A stretch of 64,000 nucleotides of DNA, taken from positions 202,286-266,285 of the forward strand of contig CALGEI010000042.1 of NCBI GenBank assembly GCA_937881575.1. Reading direction: 5' to 3'. The translations under genes and the position numbers were made by a program. This document shows, in pieces, positions 49,976-57,724 of the stretch. This DNA is from an uncultured Flavobacteriales bacterium (GTDB lineage: Bacteria > Bacteroidota > Bacteroidia > Flavobacteriales_D > Sanyastnellaceae). Position 1 is the stretch's first letter; each line of letters opens with the position of its first letter. A model generated the notes under the pieces. The model saw only the letters and a list, made by a program, of their open reading frames with translations, was not told the DNA's origin and made no database searches.

Positions 49976-49983
49976 CAAAATTA
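49976..49983 (-). promoter_or_regulatory. TAnnTTTG (-7-like) motif 4 nt upstream of the clpP ATG
   Basis: The minus strand reads TAATTTTG-GAGC-ATG. Confidence 0.2.
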
Positions 49984-50099
49984 CGCCGCAAAAGCCTCAC
50001 GAGCCGGGGACTTTATCCAAAGACTTTTGGATTTTGTACACGAAAAATTGAACACAGGAAAGTCGAAGTGCTCAATCCATACTTTCTTGGATCTCAACC

Positions 50100-51455
50100 T
50101 CAGCGAACTGCGGCTGCGAGCTTGGCGAAATCTTCGTAGCTCACCTGCTTTTCCTTGATGTTGACGCGAGTTTTGAGGTTGTCAACCACTTTGCGTTCTA
50201 TGATCAAATCTGCAATTCGACGACGCTCCTCCTCATTGGAAAGTGCGTTTTTAGCGAAGTTGTCGAGCATCTCTCCTTCAAGGGGCATGCCATATTGCGC
50301 GTATTGCGCACCGATGACTCTCTTGGCTTCTTCTTCGAGCTCCTCAGTCGTCACCCGCATGTCGGTGTCCTTCATGACCGCTTGCTGCATCAACTGCCAT
50401 CGCATGGATTCCGCATAATTCGGATATTCCTTTTCAAGCTGTTCATCTGAGAGGGGCTTTTCATTGCTCATTTGAATCCAGCGCTTCAAAAAGGCATCGG
50501 GCATCTGGATCTTCATGTGATCAATCAAATCAACAGCGAAGCGCCGACGGAAGACGAATTCCGCGTCCCGATCAAATTGGAATCCGAGCTCAGCAATCAC
50601 TTTCTCTCGAAAGTCTTTTTCATTGCTCACAACATCTTTTCCCAAGACTTTGTCCCAAAGCTCTTGGTTGTTTTCGTGCGGCGCAAGGCGCTTGACTTCT
50701 TTGACTTCAAACGAAAACTTGCTTTTCAAGTCATGTGCTTGGTCGTGTGTGATGCCGAGCAATTTGCCCAAGTCATCGTGGTTGTGCGAAACCTTGTGCG
50801 GGTCCACGACAAATGTGTCACCCACTTTCGCGCCAAGGAGCATTTTCTTCGTTTTGCGATCATCCAAGTGCTCCAATGCAATGTTGGACTCATTGGTGAT
50901 GCCTTCTTCTAACGGGGTGTCGTCCGCGCCGAGTTCTGTGAAGATGCCCATGAGCAAATCCGTGTCATTGGCTTCTGCCGGTTCGCTAATGCTGCCATGT
51001 CGTCTCTTGTGATCCGTGACGCTGGCTTCAATGGCTTTCTTGTCCACCTTAATGATGTGACGCGTGAATTTGGCGCTGCGGCCAAAGGTCAAATCGATGG
51101 TAGGAGCGAGACCAATTTCATAAGCGAAGGTGAAAATGCTAGGCTTTTCCCAATCACCTGATGAGGCAGAATCTGATTTTGGAATGGGGTTCCCCAAAAT
51201 TTCAAGTTTCTCTTCTTGGATGTATTGTCCCAATAGCTCCGAGATGATTTTATTCATTTCGTCAGCCAAAACGGGCGTCGCATATTGCTTTCGAATCAAA
51301 GCCATGGGCGCCTTGCCTTTTCGGAAGCCTGGAATTTGAGACTTCTTGCGATAATCCTTCAAGATTTTGTCTACACGTCCTTCGTAGTCACTCGGTTCAA
51401 CGGTAACCGTCAAAGTCGCGGTCAAATCATCGATGTTATTCCGGTTGATTTGCAT
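50100..51455 (-). CDS. tig: trigger factor
   Basis: 451 aa, ribosome-binding GFRKGKAP motif, FKBP-like middle domain, upstream of clpP-clpX. Confidence 0.93.
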   Translation of the reverse strand: MQINRNNIDDLTATLTVTVEPSDYEGRVDKILKDYRKKSQIPGFRKGKAPMALIRKQYATPVLADEMNKIISELLGQYIQEEKLEILGNPIPKSDSASSGDWEKPSIFTFAYEIGLAPTIDLTFGRSAKFTRHIIKVDKKAIEASVTDHKRRHGSISEPAEANDTDLLMGIFTELGADDTPLEEGITNESNIALEHLDDRKTKKMLLGAKVGDTFVVDPHKVSHNHDDLGKLLGITHDQAHDLKSKFSFEVKEVKRLAPHENNQELWDKVLGKDVVSNEKDFREKVIAELGFQFDRDAEFVFRRRFAVDLIDHMKIQMPDAFLKRWIQMSNEKPLSDEQLEKEYPNYAESMRWQLMQQAVMKDTDMRVTTEELEEEAKRVIGAQYAQYGMPLEGEMLDNFAKNALSNEEERRRIADLIIERKVVDNLKTRVNIKEKQVSYEDFAKLAAAVR

Positions 51456-51477
51456 GGTTCAGTGGGGTTGGTCGGGC

Positions 51478-51499
51478 ACGAATTTGCTCGGAAATTCGT
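51478..51499. repeat. 8-bp perfect inverted repeat between tRNA-Leu and tig
   Basis: ACGAATTT-gctcgg-AAATTCGT. Confidence 0.4.
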
Positions 51500-51538
51500 T
51501 CTGGATACCTTGGTTCTAAGTTGCTTCTTCCCAGGCTG

Positions 51539-51620
51539 TGCGGGTGGAGGGACTCGAACCCACACACCTTGCGGCACTAGATCCTAAATCTAGCGTGTCT
51601 ACCAATTTCACCACACCCGC
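51539..51620 (-). tRNA. tRNA-Leu (anticodon TAG), class II long variable arm, CCA not encoded
   Basis: Hand fold: acceptor GCGGGTG/CACCCGC, 3-bp D-stem, anticodon arm CTAGA-TTTAGGA-TCTAG, 13-nt variable arm, T-loop TTCGAGT (one U.U mismatch in the T-stem). Confidence 0.88.
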
Positions 51621-51679
51621 AGTCCTGAGAAGGAGCGCAAAGGTAGGAATCCAAATATTTCGATGGAACTTGCAGGCGG

Positions 51680-53260
51680 ATGAAATTCAATATTTTTATC
51701 AGACTTGGCGTTAAAGGGCTTGTCCTGCTCATTTTTTTCGCCAAATCTATTTTTTCTTGGGGAGGGGAGTCTTCGCTGCAAGATTCGATTAAACGAGCTC
51801 CACGAGTTAAGATTCTCACAGCGGATGTGATTCTTCGGGACATGAGTCAGCCTGATGTGCAGCGTCTAGTGGGTGAGGTTTTACTGCAGTACCGAGATGT
51901 TTTCTTATCCTGTGATAGCGCTTGGCGATATGATGATGGTCGCTTTACGACCATGGGGCGGGTGAGGATGCGAGATGATTTTAACGTGTTAACGGCGGAG
52001 GCCATGGAGGTTGACCCCATGCGGGAGTCGACAAGAGCCTGGTCACGCCATCCCAATTGGGTGGTGATGAAAAGTGAGCAAGGAGAATCCGAATCTCAAG
52101 AGCTGGTGTATGATATGGACAAACGAACTGTGCGCTATGATTTTGGTGGGACTTTGACTCAAGAGGGGACTCGGATGGTTTTTGATTATGGTCAATGGAA
52201 CGAGTCGGCTTCGACCCTGATGTTGGGTGGCAATGTTTCCATTGACGATGGTCAGGATCGGATTTTGTCCGATTCGCTGCATCTGGTGCAAGTCGATCAG
52301 CAGATTGAGTTCTTTGGGGAATCAGTGATCATGTCGAAGGATTCGTCACTCGAATTGCATTGTAAACGGGGACAATACAGCAGCACTTCTCGTTCGGGTT
52401 GGTTTGGAGGGGATTCTCTCAGTGAACCTGCCTGGGTCCGACAAGAATCCAGGCTGCTTCAGGGAGATAGTTTGATTCTTCCCTCGGATTCTGCGGCGCC
52501 GCGGGAGGCTTGGGGACGTGTGGTTCTTCGCGATACCGAAGAGCTTTGGCACTTGGAAGGAGTTCGAGCCAAGCAATTCATGAAACGTTCAGAGGAAGGT
52601 TTGTCCATGTTGGTTGGGGATGCAAAAACACCTGCTTTGCTCACCGATGCGAGTGGCCAAGACACGCTGTATGTCCAGGCGGATACGTTGCAGTTGGATG
52701 CTCATAGCATCCGGGCCTGGCCACAAGTTATATTGGAGCAAGGGCCCTCAATGGCGCTTTGTGATACGTTAATTTGGAATGAGTTGGACAGTTCAATCCA
52801 GCTGCAGCATGAGCCCTTGTTGTGGATGGAGGGCCAGTTTTTGCGCGCGGATTCCGTGACCATGATCATGGTGCAAAATGCGCCTGGAAGACTGCATGCA
52901 TGGGGCCACGTCGGATTGATGTACCCCGCAGGAGACTCCTGCTATCAGCAAATTGCTGGTCGAGATTTGCAAGGGCGTTTTCGCGAAGGAAAACTCAAGG
53001 AAATTGAAGTAACGGGGAATGCCGAGCTTGTATACTTCGACGCAGAATCTGAAGAGGTGCCCTGCGGAGAATTCAATCGAGCTGCCTGCAGCAGTCTTCG
53101 GATTGAGTTGGAAAACGGTCAGGCCAAAACCATAGCGTTGCTTGACGACCCAGCGGGCGTTTGGACTTCTTGGGCCTCACCTGAAGCCAGTCCAATCATT
53201 GAGTCGTTGCATTGGCAGGATCCGCCCAAGTCGGTTCAAGTTCAACGAAGGCGTGACTGA
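51680..53260 (+). CDS. OstA/LptA-like (OstA_2-type) repeat protein, N-terminally anchored
   Basis: Hydrophobic N-terminus GLVLLIFFA. KILTADVILRDMSQPDVQRLVGEVLLQYRDVFLSCDSAWRYDDGRFTTMGRVRM and later repeats fit the OstA-like beta-jellyroll pattern. Confidence 0.6.
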   Translation: MKFNIFIRLGVKGLVLLIFFAKSIFSWGGESSLQDSIKRAPRVKILTADVILRDMSQPDVQRLVGEVLLQYRDVFLSCDSAWRYDDGRFTTMGRVRMRDDFNVLTAEAMEVDPMRESTRAWSRHPNWVVMKSEQGESESQELVYDMDKRTVRYDFGGTLTQEGTRMVFDYGQWNESASTLMLGGNVSIDDGQDRILSDSLHLVQVDQQIEFFGESVIMSKDSSLELHCKRGQYSSTSRSGWFGGDSLSEPAWVRQESRLLQGDSLILPSDSAAPREAWGRVVLRDTEELWHLEGVRAKQFMKRSEEGLSMLVGDAKTPALLTDASGQDTLYVQADTLQLDAHSIRAWPQVILEQGPSMALCDTLIWNELDSSIQLQHEPLLWMEGQFLRADSVTMIMVQNAPGRLHAWGHVGLMYPAGDSCYQQIAGRDLQGRFREGKLKEIEVTGNAELVYFDAESEEVPCGEFNRAACSSLRIELENGQAKTIALLDDPAGVWTSWASPEASPIIESLHWQDPPKSVQVQRRRD

Positions 53261-53445
53261 AGATTGTGCTGAACGGTTTGATGCGGCTGCAAAAAAGCAG
53301 TGAGCGCTCACAAATCACATCACAACAGAGCCTAACCCTTTCGGTTGTTTGCCTCGGGTCGACAACAGGCAAGACCTCAATGGATGGCAATTCAGCGGTC
53401 GAACGCGACCGTTGAATTGTTCCATTCATCGAATGCGGAGAAAGG

Positions 53446-54171
53446 ATGAAGACGATTCAAATGTGGTGCGTAGGTTTTTGTTTTTTAAGCGTTGCCTTTA
53501 GTGCGTGCAGTCAAATCCCGGGTTTTAGTCTCTTGGAAACAGGGAATTGGAAACAGACTTCTTGTGCTTTGGAACATTGGACCGCCTTCGACGCCTTCGC
53601 AGCCAACTGTGCGGCACCTGTGGGAGAGCAAATGCATTTTCGAATAGACGCGGTGTTGGTCAATTCGGCCGTTCTTTTTCAAAGCATGTGGGGACATGAG
53701 ATTCCTTGGGGAGAACACGAACGTCTGGTGGTTTTTGGAGGAGCGAAACGAGAGAGCTTTCCACAAGAGAGCGGGGCTTTATGGTCTGTTTTGTGGAGGG
53801 CAGAAAGCCGTATAAAACAAGGGGAAAACGCGTGGCGTCCTTTCGTGGAATGGTCCAGTCCGCTGAGGGCTTCAGTCATCCAGGCGGCTTCAAAGTTGCG
53901 TTTTGGCGGAATGTATTTACGCGATTTTGAGCGGGGTGATATGCGGGTTTCCTGGCAATGGCTAGAGCCATCATGGACGTTGGATTTACAGGTGTCTTAC
54001 GAGGTGTATGATTGGTTTTCTGTGGGGTTTTCCGGACAATGGCAGCCTCGAATTTGGGGGTTGAATTGTCGGGCGTCTATTCAGGGTGTTGAAGGTCGTT
54101 TTGGTCTAGCTCCTGTTCCAATGGGAGGCTGGCGATCTCGATGGATTTGCTCGAAAGAAAGGGAGCGATGA
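53446..54171 (+). CDS. secreted Trp-rich hypothetical protein (241 aa)
   Basis: Signal peptide MKTIQMWCVGFCFLSVAFSAC. 17 Trp in 241 aa by my count. The stop overlaps the next start (ATGA). Confidence 0.55.
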   Translation: MKTIQMWCVGFCFLSVAFSACSQIPGFSLLETGNWKQTSCALEHWTAFDAFAANCAAPVGEQMHFRIDAVLVNSAVLFQSMWGHEIPWGEHERLVVFGGAKRESFPQESGALWSVLWRAESRIKQGENAWRPFVEWSSPLRASVIQAASKLRFGGMYLRDFERGDMRVSWQWLEPSWTLDLQVSYEVYDWFSVGFSGQWQPRIWGLNCRASIQGVEGRFGLAPVPMGGWRSRWICSKERER

Positions 54172-55907
54172 GGTCTGTTCGCTTGTTCACCCTTGTCTTG
54201 GGTCTTTTTCCATGCGGCATGTGGAGTCAAATGGATGCTTTAGAGCGATTTCTGGAAGAGCAAGTGGTTTTGGGAGATTGGGACCCGCACGAAGCTGCGA
54301 GTGTGATTCATCACATCGCTTCTTTTGGTCAGCCTGTCGTACCTCAAGAAGCCGGGGCTATTCAGGGGCTGAGACCGTCTTCTATCTCTGCTTTGGAAGC
54401 GGAGATATCGTGGATTTCTTTGTGCACGGGGGTTCTAGGACAAGCGGAAAGCAAGCGCTCTCGTCTGACGGGAAGTTGGACTGCCCGGGTCGTAGCTCCT
54501 CGTTTTAACGAGGTATTGGAAAACCGTTCGCGTCATTCGATTCGAATGAAGAAGCAAGGCCATTGGGCACTTCGTCTGGATCGGGGTCTAGAGTCCAATC
54601 GCCTTGAACATGTTTCAGGCCACCTCATTTTCAAGAATCTTCGGAAGAAATCAACGATTGTTGTTGGAGACCATGTCTTGCGATGGGGCATGGGATTGAA
54701 TGTTTGGGACCAAAGCCCTTTTGCCGGCCTGAACGAGGCGGTGAGTGTTTTGCCTGCAGCTCACTGGTTGACTCCAAGCTGGGGAGCACTTGCAAGCCAG
54801 CATCGCAGCGGTGTTGCTAGGACCGGGGAGCTTGGATCCTGGCGGCTCGCCTCCAGTATCTCAATGGCAGGTCATGTGATGATGGATGCACCGACCGAAC
54901 CGGTTCAATGGCGCAATACAAGTTGGTTTGAGGCGAGGTCAGTGGAGGGGCTGAGCCGAATTAGGGAATTGCGGTTGTCTCAATTGATTCGGCGCCAATT
55001 GGATTGGGGCAGTCTAGGGGTCGTGGCTGAGGGCGGGGCATTTCTTCAAATTGATTCATTGAAGGAGAATTTTGGTTGGTTTGGATTTCATGCTGAAGGG
55101 CATTGGAACAATGTGCGCTGGGCTGCTGAAACGAGGCACTTTGATGCCGAGCATGCGCTTCGCTTGACTTGCTTGAAGAATCTCGGGGTCCATTGGGATG
55201 TCTATGGGTCGTTGGAGCACCAGCAGAACGCACATCCTGCATGGAGGTGGAATGATGCGAAGTCAGGAGAAGGCACTCGATTTATTTGGGGGGGGCAGAA
55301 ACTGGAGAGTGCTCAATCGAAATGGAGCGGGACATGGAGAGCGGAAACGTGGGGGAGTGGAGATGACCGAGATAAACGAACAATGCGCATTCGTTGCAAG
55401 GCTTTGCTGTGTTCGAGTGAATCAACTCAGATACAACTTCGCTTTCAATGGCAGGCTGAGTCAGACCACCATGGGTGGATGTCTCCAACTTGGCGCCAGG
55501 GTGTTAGGTTGCAACGCGAGCAATCCGGTTTAAAAATACGATGTCAAGCCTCGATGACTTCAGGAACAGGGAGTTTAAGTGGATTGGGACTAGGGGTTTC
55601 GTTTTGGCTGGAGGGAAAACAGACTCTCTGGCGCTGGAAAGTCGCGGCATCCAGTTGGAGAGTTCAAGAGGGCGATCAGTTGTATGGAGCAGAGCCCACA
55701 ATGCAGGGTGTAGGAACACAAATAATGACGGGAACAGGAAGCCGTTTGAGTTGGTGGTGGGGGTATGAGTTGAATCGAGCTGTTTCTTTTCATTGGGTGG
55801 GACATGCGATTGTCCGGTCTGATCGGTTGTCCAATTCAAGCGGAGGTTTTTCAACGGAAGGACCGGTGCAAACAGCTATGGATTTTCGGCTGACTGTATC
55901 CTTGTGA
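54168..55907 (+). CDS. secreted Trp-rich protein, HhH-like N-terminus + putative beta-barrel (uncharacterised Bacteroidota family)
   Basis: Signal peptide MRSVRLFTLVLGLFPCGMWSQ. ASVIHHIASFGQPVVPQEAGAIQGLRPSSISAL is ComEA-HhH-like. GDHVLRWGMGLNVW motif. About 34 Trp in 579 aa, with alternating amphipathic strand patterns. Confidence 0.55.
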   Translation: MRSVRLFTLVLGLFPCGMWSQMDALERFLEEQVVLGDWDPHEAASVIHHIASFGQPVVPQEAGAIQGLRPSSISALEAEISWISLCTGVLGQAESKRSRLTGSWTARVVAPRFNEVLENRSRHSIRMKKQGHWALRLDRGLESNRLEHVSGHLIFKNLRKKSTIVVGDHVLRWGMGLNVWDQSPFAGLNEAVSVLPAAHWLTPSWGALASQHRSGVARTGELGSWRLASSISMAGHVMMDAPTEPVQWRNTSWFEARSVEGLSRIRELRLSQLIRRQLDWGSLGVVAEGGAFLQIDSLKENFGWFGFHAEGHWNNVRWAAETRHFDAEHALRLTCLKNLGVHWDVYGSLEHQQNAHPAWRWNDAKSGEGTRFIWGGQKLESAQSKWSGTWRAETWGSGDDRDKRTMRIRCKALLCSSESTQIQLRFQWQAESDHHGWMSPTWRQGVRLQREQSGLKIRCQASMTSGTGSLSGLGLGVSFWLEGKQTLWRWKVAASSWRVQEGDQLYGAEPTMQGVGTQIMTGTGSRLSWWWGYELNRAVSFHWVGHAIVRSDRLSNSSGGFSTEGPVQTAMDFRLTVSL

Positions 55908-55934
55908 TGGTATCTTAGCGAAAATGACAGGGCC

Positions 55935-56501
55935 ATGGCGAATACTGCGGATATAAAAAACGGGCTGGTAATCAACCACAATCATGGATTGTGGCAGGTC
56001 ATCGAATTTCTTCACGTAAAACCCGGCAAGGGGGCCGCATTTGTGCGGACGAAGTTGAAAAACCTTGCCACAGGAAAAGTGGTTGACCATACGTTCAATG
56101 CCGGAGTGAAGATAGAACCAGTGCGCATTGAGGTTCATGAATACCAGTACATCTACAACGACGATGATATTTACTATTTCATGAACCTTGAGTCATTCGA
56201 GCAGATCCCCGTTCAGAGAATGGTGATCAATTCTCCCGAGTTTCTGAAAGATGGCTCGGTTTGTAAGCTTCAGTTTCACGCGGCAGAAGAGCGTGTGTTA
56301 AGCTGTGAGTTGCCGACCCACGTGGAGACGGAGATCACCTACACAGAGCCGGGAATCAAGGGTGACACTGCGACCAATACCATGAAGCCAGCTACGACCG
56401 ATACAGGTGTAGAAATTCGGGTGCCGTTGTTCATTAACACGGGAGATTTGGTTAAGGTCGATACGCGAACAAAAGACTACGTAGAACGCGTTAAAAAGTA
56501 A
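55935..56501 (+). CDS. efp: elongation factor P
   Basis: VKPGKGAAFVRTKLKNL, 188 aa, three-domain length. Confidence 0.95.
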   Translation: MANTADIKNGLVINHNHGLWQVIEFLHVKPGKGAAFVRTKLKNLATGKVVDHTFNAGVKIEPVRIEVHEYQYIYNDDDIYYFMNLESFEQIPVQRMVINSPEFLKDGSVCKLQFHAAEERVLSCELPTHVETEITYTEPGIKGDTATNTMKPATTDTGVEIRVPLFINTGDLVKVDTRTKDYVERVKK

Positions 56502-56503
56502 AC

Positions 56504-57724
56504 ATGCCGCATAGCGTACAGCGACTCGAACAGCGTCTTGAACTGCAGGATTACAAGCTCAGTGCTTTGTTGGAGGTTACGCGTGGGATCAACTCTCGAG
56601 CGACTGAAGTCCAATTGCTGGACATGTATCGAGAGAGTCTATCCGAATACTTGGGGATTAACCGGTTGGTTCTTTATGCATACGATGAGGGGTGGAAATG
56701 CCTCTTGCAAACGGGCGTTGAGGGTGTTATTCCTGCGATAACGGACCCTGGGTTTTTTGAACAGGAAGGCATGATTTCATTGAGATCGACAGCAGGAGAT
56801 CACCAGTTTGATGTGGTCATTCCTGTGACGCATGACGGGATGCCATTGGCCTATTTGCTTGCAGGTGAAACGGCTGAAGGTCGCGGTGTCAGTCCCGTTG
56901 TAAAGCACTTGAATTTTATCCAAACGTTGACCAATGTTCTGGTTGTTGCCTTGCAAAACAAACGTTTGGAGGAGGAACGAGTTGTTCAGGAGGCGACACG
57001 CAGAGAATTGGAGTTGGCAGCGGACATGCAGACATTGCTTGTTCCAACTAGCTGGCCAGTTGACCAAGATGTGGATGTGACAGCGTATTACCAACCGCAC
57101 CATGAGGTTGGAGGGGATTACTATGATGTGTTTTCTGTGGATGAAGAGCGATTGGTTTTTTGCATGGCGGATGTCAGCGGAAAAGGGATTGCGGCTGCAT
57201 TTTTAATGTCCAACTTTCAGGCCAACGTGCGAGCCATATTTCAATATGAACCGGATGATTTGCAGGGCACCGTTATGCGCTTAAACAACCGTGTGATGGA
57301 AAATGCTCGAGGAGAGAAGTACATCACCATGTTTGCGGGTGTTTATTATCGCACTACGCGGGAATTTCGCTACGTCAATTGTGGCCACAACCCCCCTGTT
57401 TTGACGGCGGCTGACGGCACGTCCAATCAGTTGATGTTGGGGTCTGTTGGATTGGGCATGTTCCACGAGATCCCTTCAGTAGAATGCGGGGTGGAAAAAG
57501 TGCCCAGAGGCAGCACGCTAGTATGCTATACTGATGGGCTTGTGGAACAGGAGAATTTGGAGGGAGTTCCATTTGGCATGCAGCGTATGGAAGACATTAT
57601 TTGCGAACGCCGTGGTATGCCTGTAACGGCCATCCAGTCGGCGTTGCTTGAAGAGGTGGAATCATTCAGAGGGGACGAACCGCGGTTCGATGACACCGCG
57701 TTGCTTGTGGCTCGCTTCAAGTAG
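56504..57724 (+). CDS. GAF-domain PP2C/SpoIIE-family protein phosphatase
   Basis: N-terminal GAF-like region, then PP2C motifs VGGDYYDV, MADVSGKGIAAAF, CYTDGLVE, DDTALLV. Confidence 0.8.
   Translation: MPHSVQRLEQRLELQDYKLSALLEVTRGINSRATEVQLLDMYRESLSEYLGINRLVLYAYDEGWKCLLQTGVEGVIPAITDPGFFEQEGMISLRSTAGDHQFDVVIPVTHDGMPLAYLLAGETAEGRGVSPVVKHLNFIQTLTNVLVVALQNKRLEEERVVQEATRRELELAADMQTLLVPTSWPVDQDVDVTAYYQPHHEVGGDYYDVFSVDEERLVFCMADVSGKGIAAAFLMSNFQANVRAIFQYEPDDLQGTVMRLNNRVMENARGEKYITMFAGVYYRTTREFRYVNCGHNPPVLTAADGTSNQLMLGSVGLGMFHEIPSVECGVEKVPRGSTLVCYTDGLVEQENLEGVPFGMQRMEDIICERRGMPVTAIQSALLEEVESFRGDEPRFDDTALLVARFK

Noticed and set aside
50015-50032. ATCCAAA-GACT-TTTGGAT hairpin between tig and clpP as a tig terminator.
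   Set aside because: The stem is AT-rich and only 7 bp, and its T-run is on the wrong (plus) strand for tig. It is too weak to call.
51539-51620. U.U mismatch in the T-stem of tRNA-Leu(TAG), which could indicate a pseudogene.
   Set aside because: All other stems, the class II variable arm and the T-loop are intact, and a single stem mismatch is common in functional tRNAs.
51577-51843. 88-aa minus-strand ORF overlapping tRNA-Leu and the start of the OstA-like gene.
   Set aside because: It overlaps a tRNA and a better-supported CDS.
53281-53415. 44-codon ORF (MRLQKSSERSQITSQQ...) inside the 185-nt spacer.
   Set aside because: It has no hydrophobic or basic character suggesting a micro-protein, and the region is better explained by RNA hairpins. 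Ribo-seq would be needed to revive it.
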